From an archaeon (GTDB taxonomy: Archaea > Asgardarchaeota > Thorarchaeia > Thorarchaeales > Thorarchaeaceae), in NCBI GenBank assembly GCA_024276825.1, contig JAJRWI010000071.1, positions 1 through 54,734 of the forward strand: a stretch of DNA of 54,734 nucleotides, read 5' to 3'. The notes under the pieces were generated by a model. That model was not told the DNA's origin. It saw nothing but the letters and a program-made list of their open reading frames with translations, and did no database searches. Within the stretch, counting starts at the first letter, position 1; each line of letters begins with the position of its first letter. Both the position numbers and the translations under genes were made by a program. Positions 38,145 through 47,549 of this stretch are shown here, piece by piece.

Positions 38145-40103
38145 TTATTGACTATTGGTAATAATCTCTTTGAATAGGTTTCTTGCATCGATTGGTTGCA
38201 CGATGCCTTCACAACACTTCTCCAGTTCAGTTGTGTAGGTGGTTTCAAATTTCTCCAAAAACTGGCGCAGCTTTGTCCTTGCATCAAATGTGTCTTTGTC
38301 TGCTAATAATGCACAAGTCACATATCTTCCTTGCTCCAGCAAGACTGCAATGTCTTGGTGGATAATTGATTGCAACGCCCCTTTCGTGTCTTCCCTCAAT
38401 TCCTTAGTGAAAGATGAAACTGCTGTGATAAGTCCCGCCACAAGTGATGGGTCGCTAGTAATGCTTTTGTCAATGTAATCTGAAAACACCTCAATGCCTA
38501 TTTCTTTCATTATTGTGATTATTCCAAAGACCTTATACTCGATCTTTCTTGCCTTTGCTGTAGGGACTACAATCTGCTTGATGAATGACCGAAACCTTGA
38601 GATAATTGTTGGTCTTGATTCGACTTGAGAAAGCCCATCAATGGCTGTTGCCACTTTTTCACGCAATACATCCACTTGTGATTCATCACATAGTTTAAGG
38701 GCATTATCCAAATACTGATGTGCGGAATCCATGTCACCTTGAAACTTTGAAAGTTCAGCTCGTAATATGTAGACTTGTATCAACAGTGCTGCCAAGTCTT
38801 GCTCATCTGCAATCTGTTCAATCTGTGATAGAGTCCTGCTCACACTCAACAAGTACTCATCATCAGAACTTTCAAGTGAATAAGCAAGTTCTGCCTCTGC
38901 AAGGTTGAACAAGATCTGCAATATATGATAAATACTTCCAAGGCCCTCAACTAGCTTCAGTCCTTTTTTAAAGGCCAGAATCGCATCTTTATACCGCCCC
39001 CTCTCTTTGTTTAATATTCCTCGAACAAGATAATATCTGCCCTGTTCTTTCTTAGAACCTATCTCAAAGGCATATTGTCCTCCAGTTTCAAGATATTCAA
39101 ATGCATCATCATATTGTCCATTCAAGATCAGGGCGCGGGCCATCTCAATGAAAGGTGCTGGCATTTTGTCAGAAGATTTCTTTGCAATCTCAACAGACTG
39201 CTTTGCATACTCGAGTGCTTTCTCATTATCGCCAATGGCACCGTAAAGAATTGCTATGTTCATTAGTGGAGTTTGGAGCCCGATATCACTCTCCTCCCGA
39301 TTCTCGATCGACATTTTATAGTATCTAATAGCATTGTCATACTCACCAGTTGCAACATAATTAAAGCCTAGGTTGTTATATATGCTTGACCTTGTAATTT
39401 TTACTCCGAGGATCTTTTGTAAATCCAGCGCCCTTTGATTCAGCATGATTGATTCCTTGGGATCCTGCACTACAAGTGCCAGTGTCATTATCGCAACAAA
39501 TTGAATGACCATATCATTTGCTTTCACTGCGAGTTGCAAAGCTTCCTCAGCATCTTTTCGGGCATTATCATAGTCTTCAAGTTGATATCGAGTCAGTGCT
39601 CTATTTACAAGAACATTCATTCTAAATGGCTCCAACTCTGGGCTGGACTGACAGTATTTCAATGCCCTCTCAAAATCTTTCAATGACGAATTGCTCTCAG
39701 TTATAGCCCCCCTTAGGATTAACATCTCAATGGCAAGAGCTTCATCAAATGGGTCCTCAATGATCTTATCCAATACCTGCATTATTTCATCCTTGTCAAG
39801 AATCCGTTGAACATACCAGATTGCCCATGATAACCATGCCTGAATCTCCTTGTAACTTTCATATTTCGAACCAAGACGAAGGCCGCTATTGAAGTCTCTT
39901 GCTTGGAATATCATTCTCATTGAGAAGATTACAATGTCCTTAGATACTTCTGTCGAACACACATATTCAGTCAGTTTTTCGGAGAGATCACTTAGATTCT
40001 TTGCTTTTTCAATGAACTCCTTGATGATTCTTTGTGAACTCTCTGATAGAAATGGAAAATACTTCGAAAATGAAGAATACAACTCCATTATTGGAACGCC
40101 CAT
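38145..40103 (-). CDS. TPR protein with C-terminal longin-like domain
   Basis: TPRs (YNNLGFNYVATGEYDNAIRYY etc.) followed by DPSLVAGLITAVSSFTKE...FLEKFE. Confidence 0.82.
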   Translation of the reverse strand: MGVPIMELYSSFSKYFPFLSESSQRIIKEFIEKAKNLSDLSEKLTEYVCSTEVSKDIVIFSMRMIFQARDFNSGLRLGSKYESYKEIQAWLSWAIWYVQRILDKDEIMQVLDKIIEDPFDEALAIEMLILRGAITESNSSLKDFERALKYCQSSPELEPFRMNVLVNRALTRYQLEDYDNARKDAEEALQLAVKANDMVIQFVAIMTLALVVQDPKESIMLNQRALDLQKILGVKITRSSIYNNLGFNYVATGEYDNAIRYYKMSIENREESDIGLQTPLMNIAILYGAIGDNEKALEYAKQSVEIAKKSSDKMPAPFIEMARALILNGQYDDAFEYLETGGQYAFEIGSKKEQGRYYLVRGILNKERGRYKDAILAFKKGLKLVEGLGSIYHILQILFNLAEAELAYSLESSDDEYLLSVSRTLSQIEQIADEQDLAALLIQVYILRAELSKFQGDMDSAHQYLDNALKLCDESQVDVLREKVATAIDGLSQVESRPTIISRFRSFIKQIVVPTAKARKIEYKVFGIITIMKEIGIEVFSDYIDKSITSDPSLVAGLITAVSSFTKELREDTKGALQSIIHQDIAVLLEQGRYVTCALLADKDTFDARTKLRQFLEKFETTYTTELEKCCEGIVQPIDARNLFKEIITNSQ

Positions 40104-40178
40104 TCTTGTTTGATACTCATAAGGTCATAATACAAGTTAATATTTTTGTCCTTATATCCTGATATCAGTGAAAATTGT

Positions 40179-40961
40179 TCATGCCCGAGCTAACAAGGAC
40201 ATGATCTGTTTCTGATGTTTCTCTGTCAATTTCTTCAATGCGCTCTTTATTATCCATCGAGTGTTTTTTGATTGTCCCTGCTTGGCCCACTTGATTAAGA
40301 ACTCCGCGACTTCATTCTCGTTTGCTTTTGATATTTCACGAAGAATCCATGCAACTGCTTTCCTTACATCAGTTTCATCATCATCCATCACGAGCCCAAG
40401 AATCTCGAAGACCTTCCAAGTGACATTGAGTTTCTTATAGCATCTAAGAGTCACCACTCCAAATCGTCTGATCCACTTGTTCTCACTGCGAATCCAGCTC
40501 TCAGATAATGGGAGCACAAGGTCGTGGTTCTTCGAAGCAACTGGTTCAACTCCAAACATTGCAAGATTGTCACAAACTGCCCAGTTGTCAATACCATCAA
40601 CAATGGCCGAGATGATCTTCAATGTGATATCGGGAAACTTGGGGCCGAATCTCTCAAGGCTCTTACCAACAATTTGTCTTGACTCGAATGAACCTTCATT
40701 CCAGAGTGCAAAAAGCAGATCGGAGGTGAATTCTGGATATCTGAGGATGAACCTTCCAATCTCAGATGCAATGATTCTTAGAGTGGGAATTGAAACTCCA
40801 TAGCTCTTCTCCTTGTTGGGAATCACTCTGTCATAGTTTCGGCCTTTCTCATCTTTAGAAATGACTTGAAATAGGCCCTTGAATTTTCCAATGCATTGGG
40901 AATTATGTTTCACACATTCAAGAATATCATTCACACGAATCTTGATCTCTTTTCTGTCCAC
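40179..40961 (-). CDS. DNA alkylation repair protein (AlkD-like HEAT repeat)
   Basis: YGVSIPTLR, FESR, IDNWAVCD, WIRRFG, VRKAVAWILRE. Confidence 0.85.
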   Translation of the reverse strand: MDRKEIKIRVNDILECVKHNSQCIGKFKGLFQVISKDEKGRNYDRVIPNKEKSYGVSIPTLRIIASEIGRFILRYPEFTSDLLFALWNEGSFESRQIVGKSLERFGPKFPDITLKIISAIVDGIDNWAVCDNLAMFGVEPVASKNHDLVLPLSESWIRSENKWIRRFGVVTLRCYKKLNVTWKVFEILGLVMDDDETDVRKAVAWILREISKANENEVAEFLIKWAKQGQSKNTRWIIKSALKKLTEKHQKQIMSLLARA

Positions 40962-41230
40962 GCGAATCCCTCTTAGATTGAATTGCAGTTGTATTGCTAA
41001 TGAGTCTTGTTTCTTTTTCTATTTGAAAGGAAGTTGGCAATTAACAATACCATATTAATTGCATAACTTTACTATCCTAAATGATGGTTATACATCCTGC
41101 TGGTGCATTTAGTAATTGTGAACAACATTCTTGAATGATTGTGTTTGGATCTTGAAACAGAATAATCAAGTTGTCTTAAACTGCTTGAAAAGCAAAATAT
41201 TGACTATATATTCGATAAGGGGATATTTCA

Positions 41231-42115
41231 ATGAAACGACCATTGGTGTTTATTCATGGTGGAGCCACTCGATTCAAAGAAGAGTTTCACAATGATATCA
41301 TCAAAGCTGTTGAGAGGGCAGCAAAGATTGGTTTCTGTACGCTTGAAAGGGGTGGTTCTGGACTTGATGCTGCAGAGGCCGCAATTCGTTCTCTTGAAGC
41401 GACCACATTATTTACAGCTGGAAAAGGAGCTGAGCCTAATCTCATTGGTGATGTCGAACTAGACTCAATGATAATGGACGGCAATCGTTTAGAGAGTGGT
41501 GCGGTCATGGCAGTGAAAGGCATCACACATCCCATCTCTCTTGCTAGATATGTGCTAGAACGAACTCCTGTGATGCAGATTGCAGGCGATAGTGCAAGCT
41601 GGCTTTATAGGCAGATGATTGACGAGGGCTATCGCGATGAAGAATTCAGTGGTGATACAAAGGGCCCTTCAATCTCAGAGGGATGTGACACAGTTGGATG
41701 CATTGTTGTGGACAAGCTTGGAAGAATCACATCAGCGTCATCTACAAGCGGCTGGCGTGGAAAACTGCCCGGTAGAGTAGGTGACTCAGCGATAATCGGT
41801 GCGGGAGTGTATGCGAATGAGGTTGCAGGCGCATCATGCACTGGAAAGGGTGAACAGATTCTTCGCATTGTGATGGGAAGAATGGCAGTCTACTATGTGG
41901 AGGAGGGTTTCTCAGTTGTTGACTCATGTAACAAGATCATGAGGGTTTTGCGTGAGAAGACAACTGGTCAGGCCGGTCTTATAATGGCTGATAAGAATGG
42001 GAATGTTGGCCTTGGATTTGACACACCTCACATGCCCATAGCAATTGCGAATAATGGCAAGGTGATTTATTCATCCATGGCCCCTCACGACTTTGTTGAA
42101 GCACAGCCCATTTAG
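41231..42115 (+). CDS. isoaspartyl peptidase / L-asparaginase (Ntn hydrolase)
   Basis: IHGGA, ELDSMIMDG, D|TVG autocleavage site, STSG, GRVGDS, CTGKGE. Confidence 0.92.
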   Translation: MKRPLVFIHGGATRFKEEFHNDIIKAVERAAKIGFCTLERGGSGLDAAEAAIRSLEATTLFTAGKGAEPNLIGDVELDSMIMDGNRLESGAVMAVKGITHPISLARYVLERTPVMQIAGDSASWLYRQMIDEGYRDEEFSGDTKGPSISEGCDTVGCIVVDKLGRITSASSTSGWRGKLPGRVGDSAIIGAGVYANEVAGASCTGKGEQILRIVMGRMAVYYVEEGFSVVDSCNKIMRVLREKTTGQAGLIMADKNGNVGLGFDTPHMPIAIANNGKVIYSSMAPHDFVEAQPI

Positions 42116-42144
42116 ATGCAATAATAAGTATAGTTAGCTTCCAA

Positions 42145-42573
42145 TTGCTAGTGAACCATATGCCATCACGGATCTCAAGCAGAAGGAGTGTGGATATTGA
42201 ACAATGTCCAGTGTTCATTGCAGCACGAATTCTTGGTAAGAAATGGGCAATACTCATCCTTCAAGAAATGATGATGCCTGAGGCTGAAGATGGACTCCGA
42301 TTCAGTGAGATCCAGCGGCATTTAGACTGGATCACACCCAAAGTTCTCAGTAAGCGACTGAAAGAGCTTGTTTCTGAGGGCATTCTGAACAGACATGTAG
42401 ACTCCTCAGTCATCCCCCCACGAGTGACATACACATTGACCGATAAAGGCCTTGCATTGAAGGAGATCATCGTCCTAATGCAGCAGTGGGGAAAGAAACA
42501 TGGTGGGGATGCAGCATCTGCATGCTATGGAATGGACTTCACACATTGCCGAATATGCAGGCGATACTCATAA
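42145..42573 (+). CDS. HxlR-family wHTH regulator
   Basis: CPV..AARILGKKW, RFSEI, ITPKVLSKRLKEL, PPRVTYTLTDKG, Cys-rich tail. Confidence 0.88.
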   Translation: MLVNHMPSRISSRRSVDIEQCPVFIAARILGKKWAILILQEMMMPEAEDGLRFSEIQRHLDWITPKVLSKRLKELVSEGILNRHVDSSVIPPRVTYTLTDKGLALKEIIVLMQQWGKKHGGDAASACYGMDFTHCRICRRYS

Positions 42574-43095
42574 CTATGAGTTCTGCTGAACTGCAGCATG
42601 CTGCTCTATTAAGAACAGAATTTCTTCCTCTATTGTTGGTTTTATCCTGGGCTTTGTCTTGATTCTCGCTATCTCCTCACCAGAATTTCTATCGAATATG
42701 AGAATTGTCGGACTGCTTGTTATCCCGAATATGTCTACTTCCTTTGGACTGGGTGGGACTGCCCAATGAACGCCATGACGGGCTCTAGGACCAGGTTTCT
42801 TCATTCCACCTAACGCTCTGATTCTAATTCCCAATCGTTCCTCAAGCAATGCTAGAACAGGAACAGCATTTCTGGCATCTCCACACCAGTCAGCAAACAG
42901 GACAACAATCTCATATTGCTCCCTATAGTTCTGAAGTTTTTCTATCACATCGCTCTTTAACTGGTAATTCTCTTTGACCTTCATAAAGGCATGCTTGTAA
43001 ATCCTGCCCATTTGTTCAATATATTCGCTACATGTTGCGCAATCTTCTGAAACATCCATTAGTTTGGGCATATCATTCTCCTCTCTCATCAACAT
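42574..43095 (-). CDS. thioredoxin-family protein (WCGD type)
   Basis: FADWCGDA, SPTILIFD..GEEIAR. Start is probably MPKL after GAGGAG. Confidence 0.78.
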   Translation of the reverse strand: MLMREENDMPKLMDVSEDCATCSEYIEQMGRIYKHAFMKVKENYQLKSDVIEKLQNYREQYEIVVLFADWCGDARNAVPVLALLEERLGIRIRALGGMKKPGPRARHGVHWAVPPSPKEVDIFGITSSPTILIFDRNSGEEIARIKTKPRIKPTIEEEILFLIEQHAAVQQNS

Positions 43096-43574
43096 ACAAT
43101 ATCGTTTCCTCTTTGTGCTTTCTGTCTTTGTAATGGTGCTGTCTTGATCATTGTAATGACCTCTCGAAGTCCTGAGTCATGTCTTTTCTCATCATCCTTT
43201 AGACGTTGAAAAATGGCCTTTGCGAGTGGGTCTTCCAATTCGTGTAATGCCTGCGAAAGAAGTTCTATCATTTCACCCTCCTTTGCTAATACAGACTTCA
43301 GAATATTCTCGAGCTTGATTCTGTCAATGTATCGTTGTACTTTTGCACTCCAAGAATCGCAAGGTGTAGTGCTTATGATTTCAAGCATTCCTTGCAAGAG
43401 ATTTTTATGCCTCCATGTGTCCAACCTCAATTCCATCAGGATGAGCCTTACAGCGGGCTCAGATACACTCTCTTCTGCTAGCGAGAGCTCATTTAGGGTT
43501 TCTTCCTCAACCTCGATTTGTCTTTCGATTATTGCGATCAACTTCTCATTTTTATCAGACATGATTCTAACCAA
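43089..43574 (-). CDS. ferritin-like / rubrerythrin-like four-helix protein
   Basis: QIEVEEE, DTWRH, KEGEM, DDEKRHD di-metal-like motifs. Confidence 0.65.
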   Translation of the reverse strand: MVRIMSDKNEKLIAIIERQIEVEEETLNELSLAEESVSEPAVRLILMELRLDTWRHKNLLQGMLEIISTTPCDSWSAKVQRYIDRIKLENILKSVLAKEGEMIELLSQALHELEDPLAKAIFQRLKDDEKRHDSGLREVITMIKTAPLQRQKAQRGNDIVC

Positions 43575-43715
43575 GACTCTTAACTATAATTAAGTTATTA
43601 AGGATATTTATTCGGCAAAAATGGGGGCCACTCAAAAACTGGTAAAAATGATTAGTGCCAAAACAAAGCCTTATGTTGAACAATGGTCAATGATATGTAA
43701 TATAGGTGTGAGAGA

Positions 43716-45620
43716 ATGACTATTGGTGATGTTGCAAGGAAGGAATCAGGCAAGGCTCTATTACTTTCCAATGAAGCAATAGTTCGTGGTGCCTTAGAGG
43801 CTGATGTGAAAGTAGTAGCGTTCTATCCAGGCTCACCAGTTTCTGAGATCATGGACACATTTGAGTTGTTGCTTGATGATTTCGATCTAAAAATGGAGAT
43901 ATCCATTAATGAGAAGGTCGCATTGGAAACAGTGGCTGGAGCTTCAATGGCTGGAGTACGGGCCTTCACAGCCATGAAGAGTGTGGGAATGAATGTCGCG
44001 AGTGACTCAATGTTTAGCATTGCTTACACGGGTGTCAATGCTGGATGTGTGTGCCTGATTGCGGATGACCCATACGCTCACTCTTCACAATCTGAACAGG
44101 ATGGCCGCTACTTTGGCGAGGCGGCCTATGTTCCAATGATGGAACCTGCAAACCCTCAAGAAGCCAAAGAGATGCTAAAATCTGCCTTTGAAATCTCTGA
44201 GAAATATAGGACACTTGTTATTGTAAGGACAACAACCAGAGTCAATCATCAACGTGGAATTGTAGAACTTGACCCTCTGAACAGGACTTCTTTCAAGAAG
44301 AATCGATGGAATGATGTGCGAGGACAATACTTTACCGTGGGACCAGTTGCAAGAATGCTAAAGAGGAAGTTATTGGAGAAAAACACGGCAATCAAAAGGG
44401 AGTTTGAAAATTGTCCGTTTAATTTCATTAAGGACGGTGACGGCCGCATAGGAATAATCACTGCTGGAGTCTGCTATTCACATACTCTCGAGGCGCTTCG
44501 TAATCTTAAGATAGATCTTCCAATCTTAAAGATTGGAACAATCTATCCGTTACCAGAAAAGATGATTGTTAACTTTCTCAGAGGGCTGGACAGAGTGATT
44601 ATCATTGAAGAACTGTCCCCATATCTTGAAACACGGATAGCTGCAATCTCCAAGTATGCAAGTCCATCTGTTGGAATCTATGGGAAGAAGAGCGGCCATT
44701 TCTCCGAGATGCTCGAATACAATGTGCCTATTGTCGAAAAGGTCATTGCCACCGTTATGAGAATGAACCCTTCAATAGATTATGATGCCATTCTTGAGCG
44801 GGCACGAAAGCTAAAAGAGTCATTGCCTGAGAGAGCACCGATATTCTGTCCCGGCTGCCCTCATAGGGGAACATTCTGGGCATTGCGGCAGGCGCTGACA
44901 AAGCTGAAACTGTGTGATAAAGATGGAAATGTAAAGTTTGTGTTCAACAATGACATTGGTTGCTATAGCATGGCGTTTCTGCCTCCGAACAATTTCAGTG
45001 ACTCTATGCTGGCGATGGGTGCATCGCTTGGAATCTCTGCAGGAATGAACCTTGTACTCGAAGACAAGATTATTGCAATGATTGGTGACAGTACTATGTA
45101 TCATGCATCATTGCCTGGGATAGTCAATCTCATTCATCACAATTCAAATGTCACACTCTTTGTTCTTGATAATTCGGTCACTGCAATGACAGGGCAGCAG
45201 TTCAATCCAAACTCGCCCTATGATGCTGGTGGCAGGGCCGCAAGGAAGATCAACATGGAAAAGTTGTTTGAAGCACTGGGTGCTGACAGTGTGAGCGTAA
45301 TAGATCCATATAACACACGCGATTGCATCCAGCCAATTGCTGATGCTATCGAGCGAGATGGGTTCAATGTGGTGATCTCAAGGCGCGAGTGTGCATTATA
45401 TGGCGATCGGCTAAAAAAGAGAGCGGGCAAGAGGATAGTCCCATCTGTGAATGACCCTGAGATCTGCCGTAATATATACGCATGCGTGAAAGAGTTCTAT
45501 TGTCCTGCAATAATGGTCGATGAATCTACTGGCAAGATGGTAATCCTGAGAGACCTCTGTGATGGCTGTCTGGAGTGTAGACAAGTTTGCCCTGTTGACG
45601 CCCCACGAAGAGGAGAGTGA
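43716..45620 (+). CDS. iorA: indolepyruvate:ferredoxin oxidoreductase alpha subunit
   Basis: NEAIVRGA, YPGSP, NEKVALE, SSQSEQD, FCPGCPHR, DIGCY, GDST, DNSVTAMTG, C-terminal ferredoxin. Confidence 0.95.
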   Translation: MTIGDVARKESGKALLLSNEAIVRGALEADVKVVAFYPGSPVSEIMDTFELLLDDFDLKMEISINEKVALETVAGASMAGVRAFTAMKSVGMNVASDSMFSIAYTGVNAGCVCLIADDPYAHSSQSEQDGRYFGEAAYVPMMEPANPQEAKEMLKSAFEISEKYRTLVIVRTTTRVNHQRGIVELDPLNRTSFKKNRWNDVRGQYFTVGPVARMLKRKLLEKNTAIKREFENCPFNFIKDGDGRIGIITAGVCYSHTLEALRNLKIDLPILKIGTIYPLPEKMIVNFLRGLDRVIIIEELSPYLETRIAAISKYASPSVGIYGKKSGHFSEMLEYNVPIVEKVIATVMRMNPSIDYDAILERARKLKESLPERAPIFCPGCPHRGTFWALRQALTKLKLCDKDGNVKFVFNNDIGCYSMAFLPPNNFSDSMLAMGASLGISAGMNLVLEDKIIAMIGDSTMYHASLPGIVNLIHHNSNVTLFVLDNSVTAMTGQQFNPNSPYDAGGRAARKINMEKLFEALGADSVSVIDPYNTRDCIQPIADAIERDGFNVVISRRECALYGDRLKKRAGKRIVPSVNDPEICRNIYACVKEFYCPAIMVDESTGKMVILRDLCDGCLECRQVCPVDAPRRGE

Positions 45621-45623
45621 TGG

Positions 45624-46238
45624 ATGATGACGAAAACATACAACATCATTTTTTGCGGAGTTGGCGGACAAGGTCTGATGCTGCTATCTGCAATTCTGAG
45701 TAAAGCGGCAATCAATGCTGGGCTGAATGTTATCACTGGTGAACAGCACGGTCTCTCACAAAGGCAAGGTTCAATCTATGTTCACTTTAGAATTGGTGAT
45801 GTTATCTCGCCACTGATCCCATATGGAACTGCTGACATGATGATTGCAATGGAAGCCACTGAAACTTTACGATACATCGAATATCTAAAGGACGATGGCG
45901 TAATAATCATGAGCAATCGGATAATGCATTCTGTCATTGAAACTGAGCAGGTCGCTCTTGATAAGACAGGTGCTACAAAATATCTCACTGTTGATGATAT
46001 TGTTGTAAAACTGAATGAGGTCACCAGACGTGTTATCCTTCTTGATTCTTTGGAACTCGCCAATAAGGCAGGCAACCCACTAACTGAAAACTCCGTTCTC
46101 ATTGGTGCTGCCCTTGCATCTGAGGACTTTCCAATTCCAGAGGATGCTATCAAGAACGCCATTCGTGAATTGGTCCCAAAGAAGACAATAGATGCAAATC
46201 TAGAAGCATTCAGACTTGGGTTGCGCGTAGATGCATAG
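45624..46238 (+). CDS. iorB: indolepyruvate:ferredoxin oxidoreductase beta subunit (last residues supplied by the inserted element)
   Basis: GVGGQG, EQHGLSQRQGS, NSVLIGA, NLEAFRLG. The terminal RVDA* is encoded within element copy 2. Confidence 0.93.
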   Translation: MMTKTYNIIFCGVGGQGLMLLSAILSKAAINAGLNVITGEQHGLSQRQGSIYVHFRIGDVISPLIPYGTADMMIAMEATETLRYIEYLKDDGVIIMSNRIMHSVIETEQVALDKTGATKYLTVDDIVVKLNEVTRRVILLDSLELANKAGNPLTENSVLIGAALASEDFPIPEDAIKNAIRELVPKKTIDANLEAFRLGLRVDA

Positions 46239-46407
46239 AGCTAGGACAGAGTTGGAGACCAATCAAAAGAACATCTAATGATATACAGCAAGATTGAGAG
46301 GGGTCTAAATAGTCTCATCAGAGATCAAAGTCTGAAACGTGCCCAGTGCTGTTCCTGGGCGGACGGGACTGAGATGTCCAAGAATGTCCAATTTACAATG
46401 AACGGTT
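46219..46407 (-). mobile_element. ~185 bp non-autonomous insertion element, copy 2 (inverted)
   Basis: Near-identical reverse complement of 29914-30101; bounded by GGTT (AACC on the minus strand) at both ends. Confidence 0.88.
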
Positions 46408-46627
46408 CAGTGAAATAGAAATCAGCCATGATAAATGAGAACGAATTCATCGCCATGCCAAACATGAACACAGCCCATGCAAGTCTGAAATCCACAATTT
46501 TTCTTATAGAGCTTCGAAACCATTGACCGATGAAGAGTGCGACAAACAGGAGTGAATACAAAATCACTCCAGAATCCAGGATCAGGATTATATCACTAGT
46601 CAGACTTGGCGTGTCTAGAATTGGCAT
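46404..46627 (-). pseudogene. 5' fragment (~75 codons) of the split 7TM-longin gene
   Basis: Two TM helices ending ...ADFYFTEP at the element core; continues in frame with TSILIWTK at 30103. Confidence 0.82.
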
Positions 46628-46954
46628 GGATCCAAATTACTATTCATTCAGTTTGGACATATTGACGGTAGATTTTGCAGCATAGGAGTTCTATTTGAAT
46701 TAACGAACTCATTGAATCATTCATGTGGTTATCAAATAGAATTTAATAGCCATTACTGCTAATTGTTGTTGTTCTTTGATAATATGTTGATCAACACATA
46801 ACCCTGAATTCTACAATTTTGCGTCAAGAAAATCCAAATCGAGTATCCCGAGAATTTGTGATTAGCCCAAAGGGGAATAAATTACGAAGAGAAGTGTCAA
46901 TTGATATGAGATAGAACTGATATGTTGCATTAATAATCACTCAGATGATTGACA

Positions 46955-47158
46955 GAGAATAAGGTGGGTAAGGGGACCTGCAGACAACGCAGTGCGGCCG
47001 CGCCATTCGGCCTGCCAAGGATCTCTTGGTCAGCCCACCTATTGTTTTTCGCACCGCGTTCCAGATGTTGATTTTTCAAGACATCTGCAAGACGGCCCAC
47101 CGCACGCCAAAGTGGACTGTCGATCTGCATGGTCGAAAGTTCCCTTACCCTTGTTTTC
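46955..47158. ncRNA. unidentified highly structured GC-rich element (putative ncRNA)
   Basis: Nested stems GGGTAAGGG/CCCTTACCC, GACC-TGCAGA/TCTGCA-T-GGTC, AACGCAGTGCG/CGCACCGCGTT, plus four hairpins, within AT-rich intergenic DNA. Confidence 0.55.
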
Positions 47159-47549
47159 GTTGTTTTGGTTATGCTCTTTTTCTATAAGACCTTTGGTAAT
47201 GAAAGCAGTTATTTGTCTTATATCTTACTATGAAATATGATAACATGTTAGATTGATTACTTTCATATAAAAAAACTATTGGTCTGTATATCTTAAAAAT
47301 GTCCAGTATGATTCAGGTGGCCATGATATCAGAATAGATTAATTGTTCAAAAAGACAGATTTGGGTTATTAAGACTTAAATCCCTTTAATGAGATAATAT
47401 TCTGCAGTTCGATCCAAGCAGACTACCTAGCAAGACCGGAAATGAGGGCGGTTCAGAGTAACCAAAAGATCCCATCAGTCGAAGGTCCAGAATCATATCA
47501 TTGGGGATAGTGAAGAGGTTGAGCCTGAAAAGACGGGGTACAGGAAATA

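Noticed and set aside
43086-43094. TGT-TGA-TGA end of the ferritin-like gene as possible C-terminal Sec
   Set aside because: No SECIS seen; the double stop overlaps the next gene's initiation region.
46219-46407. Element as group II intron remnant (TTGCG...AAC)
   Set aside because: No domain V/VI is recognisable, and it sits in opposite orientations in its two host genes.
47030-47050. Minus-strand ACAATAGGTGGGCT resembling RNase P CR-V
   Set aside because: No upstream GAGGAAAGTCC-like CR-I in the correct order, and the element is too short.
47401-47545. Moderately GC-rich stretch with a T-loop-like GTTCGATCC and short hairpins
   Set aside because: No cloverleaf or convincing nested structure; the stems are only 4-5 bp.
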